Positions 16,144 to 24,739 of a stretch of DNA of 64,000 bases are shown here, in pieces. Origin of the DNA: a virus (taxonomy: Duplodnaviria > Caudoviricetes); the IMG/VR virus record IMGVR_UViG_3300013105_000003, positions 1 through 64,000 of that record, one strand, 5' to 3'. The translations under genes were made by a program, and so were the position numbers. How positions within the stretch are numbered: position 1 is the stretch's first letter; every line of letters starts with the position of its first letter. The notes beneath the pieces were generated by a model. That model ran no database searches. It was not told where the DNA came from and worked only from the letters and a program-made list of their open reading frames with translations.

Positions 16144-17397
16144 ATGGGTGATTCCAATGTTGTTCTCTCGTCCAAAGGTGACGACGACAACGAGTATGTA
16201 GAGCTTGCCCGCACCCCTTCCGGCAAGGTGTATCGTAAGCAGATTCTTAAGATGAATGAGTCCTTTCTTCATCCAGCCAATAAGGCACAGAGAATTACTA
16301 TCGACCAGAACTTTGCAGAGCAGCTAGTAAATAACTTTAAAGCCGGTTACTGTGATACTGTCCAGTTTCCAAAAGTTAACGAAAAGAACCAGCACGTAGA
16401 AGACCCAGACTTCAACATGGGTGAGGTTATTGACCTTACTTATGACGACAAGGGAGTATGGGCTTACATTGATGTGCGGAAGAATGCTGATGACATTGGC
16501 AAGACCTATCTAGGTGCTAGTGCCATGATGAGTTTGGATTACGAAGACCACTCTACAGGTAATCACGTAGGTCCAACTCTATTACACGTAGCTGCTACTA
16601 ATAGACCTTATTTGACTAATCTTGCTCCTTACGAGTCAGTTTCTTTAAGTAACAGCCAAAACAACGATAATTTTATTGTAATGCTCTCAGAAGATGAGAA
16701 TACCTCCGGCTCAGAGTCGGACGAAGACGAAAGCAGGAGTTCAATGGACCGCCTAGAAGAACTACTAAAGGAGCTTTCCGACGTTTATGACATTGACGTT
16801 GAGGCTCTTCAGAAGGCTCAGAAGGAAGCTGCAGAAGCTAAGACTGATGAGGAAGCTGCAAAGGCTGACAAGAAGGTTGAAGAGGCTGAGGCTAAGGTAG
16901 AGGATACCAAGGAAAAGACTGAAGAGGCTAAGGCTGAGGTTGAAGAGAAGGTAGCAGAGCCAGTCGCTGCTAGTGCTGACTCAGACCTTGATGAGCTAAT
17001 TGCTAAGCTTTCTGATGTTCTAAAGTCTGCAGACCCTAACCTAGTATCTCTCTCTGATTCAGAGGTAAGTGTTGCTGACCTAGCCAATGGTGTCATTGAG
17101 CTATCTAACAACTACAAGACTATGAGTAACACAGTAGGCACCCTTAACCGTAAGAGTGCAGAGGCTGATGTTGACGAAGCAGTACGGGCAGGAAAGATTC
17201 TACCCGCACAGCGTGACGCATATGTTGAACTAAAGCTCTCAAACGAGTCCATGTATGAGTCCCTAATTCCAGAGACTGCAATTGTTTCACTCTCCAATGA
17301 GAAGGGTGTTGCAATTCATGATATGCCCAACAACGGAGCAACTGTAGATAGTGATGCTGCTGAAATTGCACGCATCGCCGCAAAGCTAAAAAAGTAA
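16144..17397 (+). CDS. Mu gpI-like prohead protease fused to scaffold
   Basis: GPTLLHVAATNRPYL motif, acidic coiled-coil, AVRAGKILPAQ; upstream of decoration/capsid genes. Confidence 0.85.
   Translation: MGDSNVVLSSKGDDDNEYVELARTPSGKVYRKQILKMNESFLHPANKAQRITIDQNFAEQLVNNFKAGYCDTVQFPKVNEKNQHVEDPDFNMGEVIDLTYDDKGVWAYIDVRKNADDIGKTYLGASAMMSLDYEDHSTGNHVGPTLLHVAATNRPYLTNLAPYESVSLSNSQNNDNFIVMLSEDENTSGSESDEDESRSSMDRLEELLKELSDVYDIDVEALQKAQKEAAEAKTDEEAAKADKKVEEAEAKVEDTKEKTEEAKAEVEEKVAEPVAASADSDLDELIAKLSDVLKSADPNLVSLSDSEVSVADLANGVIELSNNYKTMSNTVGTLNRKSAEADVDEAVRAGKILPAQRDAYVELKLSNESMYESLIPETAIVSLSNEKGVAIHDMPNNGATVDSDAAEIARIAAKLKK
16664..16671 (+). promoter_or_regulatory. internal late-promoter motif for nested scaffold
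   Basis: ACGATAAT in AT-rich patch 80 nt before in-frame AGGAG-ATG. Confidence 0.6.
16744..17397 (+). CDS. nested in-frame scaffolding protein (Mu gpZ-like)
   Basis: AGGAG SD before in-frame ATG 16744 (MDRLEELLKELS). Confidence 0.65.
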   Translation: MDRLEELLKELSDVYDIDVEALQKAQKEAAEAKTDEEAAKADKKVEEAEAKVEDTKEKTEEAKAEVEEKVAEPVAASADSDLDELIAKLSDVLKSADPNLVSLSDSEVSVADLANGVIELSNNYKTMSNTVGTLNRKSAEADVDEAVRAGKILPAQRDAYVELKLSNESMYESLIPETAIVSLSNEKGVAIHDMPNNGATVDSDAAEIARIAAKLKK

Positions 17398-17453
17398 GTA
17401 AGAGTCCCTGCACATTCAAGGGCAATTTAATTAGAAGATAAGGAGAAAGTCAA

Positions 17454-17870
17454 ATGGCTTCTTACGAAGGTAACAGACTTCCTGCCCCTGGTTTCTACGC
17501 TGGGACTGCTACACCACCAGTTGAGATTCTATACAGTGAAGTTGGTCTATTCCAAAAGGGTGGAACCCTTAAGCCAGGTCAAGGCGTAATTGTCGAAGGT
17601 ACTGGTCTTAAGTTTGACACCGCAACCAATCGCTACGTCAAGGCTGCATCAGCTTCAGAGGTAGAAGGATTTATCCGCTACGCAACTGACACAGGCAGTG
17701 ACGCCAGTGCACCAGTTTTCCAGGCAATCATTGTTCTTGGGGGCAAGCTAAAGGCACAGACACTTTCCGTTGATGGTGGTGCTACCAAGCTAGATGATAC
17801 CTCAGGTCCAACCACAGCAACTGCTCTTGGTGGTCGCTACATCGCTTCCCGCAGAGTACTTGAATTCTGA
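17454..17870 (+). CDS. head decoration protein
   Basis: 138 aa between scaffold and MCP; TLKPGQGVIVEGT lambda gpD-like pattern. Confidence 0.7.
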   Translation: MASYEGNRLPAPGFYAGTATPPVEILYSEVGLFQKGGTLKPGQGVIVEGTGLKFDTATNRYVKAASASEVEGFIRYATDTGSDASAPVFQAIIVLGGKLKAQTLSVDGGATKLDDTSGPTTATALGGRYIASRRVLEF

Positions 17871-17918
17871 TAATAGATCAGGCATTAAACGCCTGTTAAA
17901 CATAAGAAAGGTAATATA

Positions 17919-18923
17919 ATGGCTGATCTTAAGCTACTAGAGCCAGCAGTCGCAACAGGCGTCGTGCAGCAAATGGCTCTACCCGATGACTTTACTTGGT
18001 ATGGTAAGGTTGCCACTACTCCACTAACACAGTCTGAGACTGCTAAGTGGACTGTCCGTCGTGGTTCCTACAACGTTGCACAGCCTAACACTGTTGACGC
18101 TGAAGCTCACATTGCTCCCCGTAAGGGCCAGCATGAAGTTGCTGCAGCTCTTGTCAACTCTCGTGAGAAGAAGGTTCTACCTGGTAGCTACCTTAACTTC
18201 ACTCAGGAGTTCGGTGAGGTAAACCCACAGCGTGAAACTGCAGAAGCTCTTCTACTAGAGGAAATGACTGACCTTAAGGGTCGCGTTGACCGCCTAGTTG
18301 AGTGGTCACTGTGGCAGGCAGTCCAGGGTAGTCTCGTATTCAACACTGAAGATGTTTCTGCATCAGTTGACTACGGCTTCCAGGCTTCACACAAGCAGAC
18401 TGCTGCAACCGGATGGGACGCTGCAACTCAGATTGAGATTGTCAATCAGATTCGTGCAATTCAGAAGCTTGTTAAGCGTGATGCTCAGGTAAACGTTACT
18501 GACGCTTATCTTTCACAGGAGCTAATGAACCTAGTGTTCGACTCCTTCGCAAAGAACAACTCTCTTAACCTACTTACCGAGCAGGCTAAGCAGGACTTTG
18601 CCAATGGTGGTACCATGCGTAACTTCATGGGTATTAACTGGCACGTTGTTACTGAGACCTACAACGCTGAGGATGGTGCTCAGACTCTAGTAGACTACCT
18701 ACCAGAGAACCGTATTATCTTCGGTAACTTCTCAGTCAACAACCCACTGAAGCTCGCTCAGGGTACCTCTGGTGACGCTCAGATTGGTCAGTTCGTTACT
18801 GGACCATTCTCCAAGTCTTGGGACTCCCAAGACCCATCAGGTCGGACGATTCTGGTAGGGCACAACTTCCTCCCAGTTATCACCTACCCAGACCAAATTG
18901 TGGTTCTTGACGCTACTTCTTGA
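17919..18923 (+). CDS. major capsid protein (lambda E family)
   Basis: RVDRLVEWSLWQAVQG, VDYG, SKSWDSQDPSGR, FLPVITYPD; highly biased codons; strong terminator downstream. Confidence 0.88.
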   Translation: MADLKLLEPAVATGVVQQMALPDDFTWYGKVATTPLTQSETAKWTVRRGSYNVAQPNTVDAEAHIAPRKGQHEVAAALVNSREKKVLPGSYLNFTQEFGEVNPQRETAEALLLEEMTDLKGRVDRLVEWSLWQAVQGSLVFNTEDVSASVDYGFQASHKQTAATGWDAATQIEIVNQIRAIQKLVKRDAQVNVTDAYLSQELMNLVFDSFAKNNSLNLLTEQAKQDFANGGTMRNFMGINWHVVTETYNAEDGAQTLVDYLPENRIIFGNFSVNNPLKLAQGTSGDAQIGQFVTGPFSKSWDSQDPSGRTILVGHNFLPVITYPDQIVVLDATS

Positions 18924-18943
18924 TCCCGTAGGTAGTAAGTTAT

Positions 18944-18982
18944 AAGTAAATGCCCCTCTTAGGTAGAGGGGCATTTACTTTT
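18944..18982 (+). terminator. intrinsic terminator
   Basis: AAGTAAATGCCCCTCT/AGAGGGGCATTTACTT followed by TT. Confidence 0.88.
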
Positions 18983-18985
18983 GGT

Positions 18986-18993
18986 ACGATAAT
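18986..18993 (+). promoter_or_regulatory. phage late-promoter motif ACGATAAT
   Basis: immediately after capsid terminator. Confidence 0.75.
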
Positions 18994-19022
18994 ATTAGTA
19001 AGTCTAACAACTAGGAGTAAAT

Positions 19023-19211
19023 ATGGTTGACAAGAAGACAGAAGACAAGCCAGAGGATAAGGTAGAAGACAAGTCTACTGCTAAGGCAGAAAAGGTCTCA
19101 GACGGTCCTAAGGCACCTAACGAAGACAAGAGTCTGCCTCAGGGTATCTATGGTGGTCCAGCTACCATTAATAACCCTGTCGAGCAGAGTGTTGCCTCTA
19201 AGGGAAAGTAA
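19023..19211 (+). CDS. small hypothetical protein
   Basis: AGGAG SD, 62 aa, own promoter motif. Confidence 0.7.
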   Translation: MVDKKTEDKPEDKVEDKSTAKAEKVSDGPKAPNEDKSLPQGIYGGPATINNPVEQSVASKGK

Positions 19212-19220
19212 AGCACATCT

Positions 19221-19266
19221 AAAGTATGCTTACCCATATTCACGATAATATGGGTAAGCATACTTT
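19221..19266 (+). repeat. 20-bp perfect inverted repeat with ACGATAAT (19242-19249) at its apex; terminator plus promoter
   Basis: AAAGTATGCTTACCCATATT-CACGAT-AATATGGGTAAGCATACTTT. Confidence 0.85.
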
Positions 19267-19290
19267 ATTTTACCTAGAAACGGAGTTACC

Positions 19291-19626
19291 GTGGGTTTTT
19301 ATTTCAGTAACAAGGTTGACACCAGCCTCCCATACTACAAGGTCACTGTCACTAGTGAGGCTGGCTTCCTAGCCTTTGGAGAGCCTTGGAAGCGTGGTTC
19401 ACAGATTTTCATTCAGGCAGATTCAGACAAGTATGAAGAGACCAAGGATAGAGAAGGCAACTCTTGGCTAGACAAAACTAGCACAGAGTATGAAGTTAAA
19501 CTTCTAGATCCCCAGAAGGACGCCAAGCTAAAGGAAACTCTAGTATTGGTAGATGACAGTTCTGATCCTGTAATCGAGAACAAGCCAACTAATAGTAGAG
19601 CCAAGAAGTCAGTTCCTAAGGAGTAA
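19291..19626 (+). CDS. hypothetical protein (head-tail region)
   Basis: GGAG SD, 111 aa. Confidence 0.65.
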   Translation: MGFYFSNKVDTSLPYYKVTVTSEAGFLAFGEPWKRGSQIFIQADSDKYEETKDREGNSWLDKTSTEYEVKLLDPQKDAKLKETLVLVDDSSDPVIENKPTNSRAKKSVPKE

Positions 19627-19632
19627 AGTAAC

Positions 19633-20154
19633 ATGGCAGACCCTGTAGGATTTCAACTACCTTCTCCAGCTGACTTTGATACTTTTGTTGAGCTAGATGA
19701 CAGTGCTGATGTTTCAGACTGGACCTCTGCCCAAAAGGTGTGGCTTATAAGACAAGCTGCGGACTTGATGCTCCTTGCTACCGGAATGGATGATGGAGCA
19801 CCAGTAGCAGTCTCTGACACCCCCTTAGGCAGAATGGTATTCAATGGGATACTTGATATGGCATTTTACTTAGGTAGTTCGTTTGATGACAGGTCTGCTC
19901 AGCAGTACTCTCCTTTCGCTTCAGAGCGTATTGGTGAGTACAGTTATTCTAAGTTCATTACTTCGATTACTAATAAGCAAGGCACTGGTGTAACTTTATT
20001 TGATAACGCTGTCACTTATTACTTGTCTAAGCAGTCAGGTAATCAGGATAACGGACAGTTCGCACATTCCTCAGAAGATGTATTCGCTACTAATTTCAAA
20101 GACTATGAGAGAGAAGTAAGAAGTGACTCTCATTGGTATGGTGGGTGGAGATGA
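19633..20154 (+). CDS. head-to-tail adaptor
   Basis: position; SERIGEYSYS motif typical of gp15/gp6-like adaptors. Confidence 0.75.
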   Translation: MADPVGFQLPSPADFDTFVELDDSADVSDWTSAQKVWLIRQAADLMLLATGMDDGAPVAVSDTPLGRMVFNGILDMAFYLGSSFDDRSAQQYSPFASERIGEYSYSKFITSITNKQGTGVTLFDNAVTYYLSKQSGNQDNGQFAHSSEDVFATNFKDYEREVRSDSHWYGGWR

Positions 20155-20534
20155 GTTTTAGAAGTCTTCTTAGAGATAGAGTAGATATAGAGAGACCAAC
20201 TCTTGACCTGTCTACAGGTAGTGCTATCACAACTTATCAGGTAATATACCCAAGTGTCAGATGCAACATGGACCTACAGCTTATTCGTAGAGGTCGTGAC
20301 CCTATCTGGACTCCAGAAGCTAAGACCACCCCAAAGCTTCGTAAAGGTGTTCTATTCTTTCTAGTAGGGGCAGATATCCAAGATGGAGACCGTGTTAGGT
20401 GGGTACGTGGAGGTTCTGGACTCTTTACTGTAGAGCGTGGTGTAGATACTCCTAAGCGTCCAGGTAAGGAACACCACATTGAGGTGTGGGTTGAGGAAGT
20501 AGCTCCTCAAATTGCAAGGGGGCAGAATCCATAA
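20151..20534 (+). CDS. head-to-tail stopper/closure protein
   Basis: position; ADIQDGDRV and HHIEV motifs. Confidence 0.7.
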   Translation: MSFRSLLRDRVDIERPTLDLSTGSAITTYQVIYPSVRCNMDLQLIRRGRDPIWTPEAKTTPKLRKGVLFFLVGADIQDGDRVRWVRGGSGLFTVERGVDTPKRPGKEHHIEVWVEEVAPQIARGQNP

Positions 20535-20944
20535 TGGCAACTAAGCATTTTAGAATTACCTCAAAGGGATTAGATGGGGCTATCAATCACTACGAGTCAG
20601 ACTCTAAGACACCTATAAAGTACATTGAAGCACTTGATCTAGAACTCGCTAAAACGCTTCTAAAGGCCAAAGGACTCACTCACGTCATCACCGGACGACT
20701 AAAGGCTTCTGGTCGCTCTAGCAGCGATTGGGACGGTGTAACAAACGTCTGGACAGGTACTATCGCATTCGGTGGACGAGAGTTTGGTGTTGACTACGCA
20801 ATCTTTGAGCAAGATAGGAAAATTGCATGGTCCTGGCGTCATGGTGCAGTTGTAAACCACGATTTCATGGCCCCTGTTTATGAGTCTGAGATTAACTTTG
20901 AGAAGATTATGCTTTCTAACAAGCTGAATAGTAAGGGGCTGTGA
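20534..20944 (+). CDS. neck/tail completion protein (HK97 gp10-like)
   Basis: VITGRLKASG, DYAIFE, FMAP motifs. Confidence 0.65.
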   Translation: MATKHFRITSKGLDGAINHYESDSKTPIKYIEALDLELAKTLLKAKGLTHVITGRLKASGRSSSDWDGVTNVWTGTIAFGGREFGVDYAIFEQDRKIAWSWRHGAVVNHDFMAPVYESEINFEKIMLSNKLNSKGL

Positions 20945-21456
20945 TGACAGACGTAACTGAGCCTTCTGCTATAGAATTACTTACACCTTCAGCAACAATG
21001 ATGTTGAAGAATCTTCCTAGTATGGTAGCTTTGGCAGACGCTGGTATACTAGGGTCTGATAGTACAGGGATCTATATATTCCAAGGTACCGACAATAACA
21101 AACCATTCCGTAACATTGAAGGTACAGGAATGTGTTCAATAGTCGTATCAGCTTGGCAGGACGGTGGACAGAGGAGTCCCTTCAGCTCTGCTAAGTTTTG
21201 TACTTTACAGCTTTTAGTGTTTGCAGACGAGTCCAGAGGTATTAACAACTCTGTAGCTAATCACGATGCACAGTCTAAAGCCTTGAAGATTTATAACGCC
21301 TTTGATCCTATTTTTCATGATAATAGAAACCTAAGCAAAAACTGGTGGGGTCTTGAAATACAAGATTCCCGGTGGGCAGGTGGGCCTAACATCTACCCTG
21401 TTGAAGAAGAGGATGGTATGTATGTCCTCCAGGCTACTTACACAGTAAAAATCTAA
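20941..21456 (+). CDS. putative tail terminator
   Basis: position and size in connector cluster. Confidence 0.55.
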   Translation: MMTDVTEPSAIELLTPSATMMLKNLPSMVALADAGILGSDSTGIYIFQGTDNNKPFRNIEGTGMCSIVVSAWQDGGQRSPFSSAKFCTLQLLVFADESRGINNSVANHDAQSKALKIYNAFDPIFHDNRNLSKNWWGLEIQDSRWAGGPNIYPVEEEDGMYVLQATYTVKI

Positions 21457-21489
21457 TTTAATTTCTAGTGCGGAAAGAAGAAACATAAA

Positions 21490-22542
21490 ATGGCTCTAAG
21501 AGTACACATGCAAGCTCCCCTTGGGCAGACCTCAGGATATCACAGAGATGGTCTGGGCCTAGTTCGGGCATTTAATAAGTCTGGTGCTTACGTCACTATC
21601 CAGCCCTCTGATGTAGTCACTCCAATTCCTGAGGATATCTCAAAGGTACTGACACACGAACCAGACTACCCTTTCGATCTATTTGTTAATCACCTTAACC
21701 CTCACACTCTCAAAATACCAGAAGACATAAAAGACGTTGCCTGGAAGAAGGTTGCTTGGACAATGTGGGAGTGGGATTCTTTTGGACCTAACACAGAACT
21801 AGTCAGAAAGAACCTAGAAGGTTACGACTTAGTTCTTGGATACGATGACACCTCAGTACAAGCTCTAAAGGCTACAGGCACTGATGTTCCAGTACGTAAG
21901 TTACAAGGTGGTTATGAGCCTGATGTATGGGCCGATGACGATGGAAAAATGCCAGAGAGAGATTGGTTTGCAGAAGAGTTTGTTTTTGTTATTGCAGGCG
22001 AGCTAACTCCTCGAAAGAATCCTTACGTTCTATGTAAGGCTCTTAACCAGCTATGGGAAGAGGGTTATAAGTTCAAGCTTATTATGAAGAATAAGTTTGA
22101 CTTCCAATTACCTGCTCGAATGGAAGAGGCTTACCCATTCCTTACCATTGAGAATGGTACTTGGCCTGTTCATAAAATGCGTGAGTTGTATGAGTCTGCT
22201 CATTGCTATGTAGCCCCCTCACAGGGGGAAGGAAAGAATCTTCCAGCTATCGAGTCAGGCACTACTGGTTGTGCTCTTATTCTCTCAGATGTTGCAGGTC
22301 ACCGTGAGTGGGGTCATCCAGAGTTCGCTACCTTTGTTGGTGGCACTTGGAATAACTATGACGCTGGGTGTGGCTGCCTTAATGTTGATGTTGTTGAACT
22401 CCGTGAAGCTTGTAGAGATTTGATGGATAACCGAAACAAGGCTAAGCAGATGGGAAGGCTTGCTCACGATATTCTTCCAGCAACCCTTTCTTGGGACAGT
22501 GTAGTTCGTAAACTGACCACAGAGTATTTGAGTAGGATTTGA
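21490..22542 (+). CDS. GT-B glycosyltransferase (GT4-like)
   Basis: SGY, TMWEW, RKNP, PSQGEGKNLPAIES (ExxxxxxxE motif). Confidence 0.88.
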   Translation: MALRVHMQAPLGQTSGYHRDGLGLVRAFNKSGAYVTIQPSDVVTPIPEDISKVLTHEPDYPFDLFVNHLNPHTLKIPEDIKDVAWKKVAWTMWEWDSFGPNTELVRKNLEGYDLVLGYDDTSVQALKATGTDVPVRKLQGGYEPDVWADDDGKMPERDWFAEEFVFVIAGELTPRKNPYVLCKALNQLWEEGYKFKLIMKNKFDFQLPARMEEAYPFLTIENGTWPVHKMRELYESAHCYVAPSQGEGKNLPAIESGTTGCALILSDVAGHREWGHPEFATFVGGTWNNYDAGCGCLNVDVVELREACRDLMDNRNKAKQMGRLAHDILPATLSWDSVVRKLTTEYLSRI

Positions 22543-22543
22543 G

Positions 22544-22786
22544 ATGATTGAAGTAATTGATATTAGGTGTCCAGTAGGAGCTAAGAACCTACTGCTGCGC
22601 TCTAGAGTAACTCATGAAGAGACTGAAACAATCTCTGATGGTAACTTAATTGAAATTAGTTGCCGTGACTGTACACGTTCACAACGTAAAGAAATGGCAG
22701 ACGCAGGAATGCCTACAGGATTCAGAGTGATACATAGGTTCTTCTTGGATGGTCAGTTGTGTGAGAGTATTCGGGAGGCTATCTAA
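22544..22786 (+). CDS. small Cys-containing, putative Zn-binding protein
   Basis: IRCP..LL and IEISCRDC, reminiscent of Mu Com-type Zn ribbons. Confidence 0.6.
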   Translation: MIEVIDIRCPVGAKNLLLRSRVTHEETETISDGNLIEISCRDCTRSQRKEMADAGMPTGFRVIHRFFLDGQLCESIREAI

Positions 22787-22804
22787 TAAACTTCTACGTT
22801 TCAT

Positions 22805-22812
22805 ACGATAAT
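22805..22812 (+). promoter_or_regulatory. phage late-promoter motif ACGATAAT
   Basis: upstream of major tail gene. Confidence 0.75.
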
Positions 22813-22910
22813 ATTAGTGATAACGGCTTTCAGCGGAGGAACCGTGCTGGTCATAAGAGTGCCAGAGCCACCGCTAGAGGGTTAGCGGATAACAAGTAAG
22901 GATTAAAAAC

Positions 22911-23459
22911 ATGGCTGCTCCAATTATCGAGGGTTTCTCCCTCTCCCACGCCGCAATCCTCGACGGTGCCACAGGTGCCGAAGCTGCTGACATTTATGGT
23001 GTCCGACAGGCTTCCATCGAGGTTGACACAGACTCCTACGACAACACTGGTGACGACGCAGTACTTTCAACCTGGCAGTGGGTTAACTTCGCAACTGTCA
23101 CAGTCCAGTCAGGCTACATTCCATTCGACCTAGTTGCTCTTCTAGCTAACACCACAGTTACCTCTTCAGGTTCTGGTGCTTCAATGAGTGCATCAATGGC
23201 ACTCTGGGGCGAGAAGGCACTAAGTGTCGCCCCCCGTCCAATGCTTGTCCGCATTCCCTCTAGAGGTAGTGGTGGAGAAAGCCGTGTCCTAGAAATTGTA
23301 CTTTACAAGGTACAGTTCGCACCTATGTCATTCGACGGTCCTCAGTACCGTGACGGTCTAGTTGTTTCCTACTCAGGTAAGGCTGTTATGTCTTCAACTG
23401 ACGAAAAGGGACAGCCACTTTCAGAGCGTTCAATCGGTCGAATTGTCACCCATATCTGA
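22911..23459 (+). CDS. major tail protein
   Basis: precedes frameshifted chaperones; highly biased codons; 182 aa. Confidence 0.8.
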   Translation: MAAPIIEGFSLSHAAILDGATGAEAADIYGVRQASIEVDTDSYDNTGDDAVLSTWQWVNFATVTVQSGYIPFDLVALLANTTVTSSGSGASMSASMALWGEKALSVAPRPMLVRIPSRGSGGESRVLEIVLYKVQFAPMSFDGPQYRDGLVVSYSGKAVMSSTDEKGQPLSERSIGRIVTHI

Positions 23460-23532
23460 TATACTTAAGTAAGACTGTATAACTTAATACATAAAACTTA
23501 ATTTTACCATCTAACAGAGAGTGATTAACGCC

Positions 23533-24192
23533 ATGAGCGTATCTGAAAATACAGACACAGTAGATGATGTAGCCACTGAGGCTGCTCCTGGACTGTCCGC
23601 ACCGGAACAGGGGCAGCTTCAGAACGTTGTCCCTGAGGTTGAAGAGGCTAAGCCTATGCCTCTTGAATCATCCGACACTGAGCCTCTAGAAGCTGATCCT
23701 GTAAAGGACGAAATTACAGCTCTCCTAGAGACTCCCAATGGTCCATTCGCACTATCGACTGGTACTCGTGTAGTTGTTCGGCAGCTAAAGCTTCGTGAGT
23801 TCCTTGCACTACTTCGCATTGTAACTCGCGGAGCTGCACCAGCCCTAGGTAACGTTAGCCTAGACTTTGACAATCCAAACCAGTTTGTCCAGTCACTATT
23901 TGGTATTGTTCTCTTTGCAATTCCTGAGGCTACCGAAGAGACCATTGAATTCGTCCAGACTGTTGTTGAGCCAGCTGACCTAAAGGGACTTGATGCAAAG
24001 TCATCTATGGCTAAGCGTGAGGCTCTTATGGATGAGCTATTCAACCCAGAGCTAGAAGACCTCATTAACATTGTTGGTGTTGTAGTCGCTTCTGAAGGGG
24101 CGGACCTCCAGAAGTTGGGAAAACGACTGAAGACCATGTTCGGGGTAGCGAGCAAGATGGGCCTGACAGGGAACATCTCCGTCACCAAGTAA
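23533..24192 (+). CDS. tail assembly chaperone (G)
   Basis: between MTP and TMP; slippery G GGA AAA near 3' end. Confidence 0.8.
   Translation: MSVSENTDTVDDVATEAAPGLSAPEQGQLQNVVPEVEEAKPMPLESSDTEPLEADPVKDEITALLETPNGPFALSTGTRVVVRQLKLREFLALLRIVTRGAAPALGNVSLDFDNPNQFVQSLFGIVLFAIPEATEETIEFVQTVVEPADLKGLDAKSSMAKREALMDELFNPELEDLINIVGVVVASEGADLQKLGKRLKTMFGVASKMGLTGNISVTK
24117..24123 (+). other. -1 programmed ribosomal frameshift site GGGAAAA
   Basis: X XXY YYZ heptamer in correct phase; -1 frame is open from 24117 to 24677. Confidence 0.85.
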
Positions 24193-24677
24193 AGCAAGAC
24201 AAGACAGGCAGTTTTACTGCAGTCATTGACTTGTTAGCTAGTGAATATGGTTGGTCACAAAAAAGAATATTGAACACAACTATTGCTAATCTCTCTAAGA
24301 TGGTAGATAACATTAAAGAGAGGCAAAGGGTGAGGCTAAAGCAAACTATTGTAATCCAAGAGTGGGCAGCCAAGCACATAGCAGGAGTTGTAGCTGGTTC
24401 CGTAGAGGATAAAGGCGGAAAGTTCCAGAAGGCCGTATCCAAACAGAGATTTCCTTGGAAAGAGTTTGGATTCCCAGAAATGGTCAATGAAGACGATGAC
24501 TATGATGACGAAGACGACACTGAGTACTTTACACCCAAGCCTCCACCACCATATCGAGAAGAAGGTGAAGATCCATCCTTTGACTACATTCTAGGTGACG
24601 GAAACATGAAGGGCGCTATGCGAGACAACAAGGGTGTTGGAGATATGAGGTTGGCTGTAAGCAAACTAGCACGATAA
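24117..24677 (+). CDS. tail assembly chaperone frameshift extension (GT)
   Basis: open -1 frame; LASEYGWS typical of the T part. Confidence 0.8.
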   Translation, partial: GKTTEDHVRGSEQDGPDREHLRHQVKQDKTGSFTAVIDLLASEYGWSQKRILNTTIANLSKMVDNIKERQRVRLKQTIVIQEWAAKHIAGVVAGSVEDKGGKFQKAVSKQRFPWKEFGFPEMVNEDDDYDDEDDTEYFTPKPPPPYREEGEDPSFDYILGDGNMKGAMRDNKGVGDMRLAVSKLAR

Positions 24678-24678
24678 T
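24671..24678 (+). promoter_or_regulatory. phage late-promoter motif ACGATAAT
   Basis: upstream of tape measure. Confidence 0.7.
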
Positions 24679-24739
24679 ATAAATGAATATATTTAATCCG
24701 CAGAAGCGGTGGTAATTCTTTAAATTAGGGAGTAATAGT

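Noticed and set aside
22820-22870. SAM/SAH riboswitch resemblance (AACGGCTT..GCG)
   Set aside because: Only a short partial match, no closing P1 stem, and the context (tail gene) is wrong
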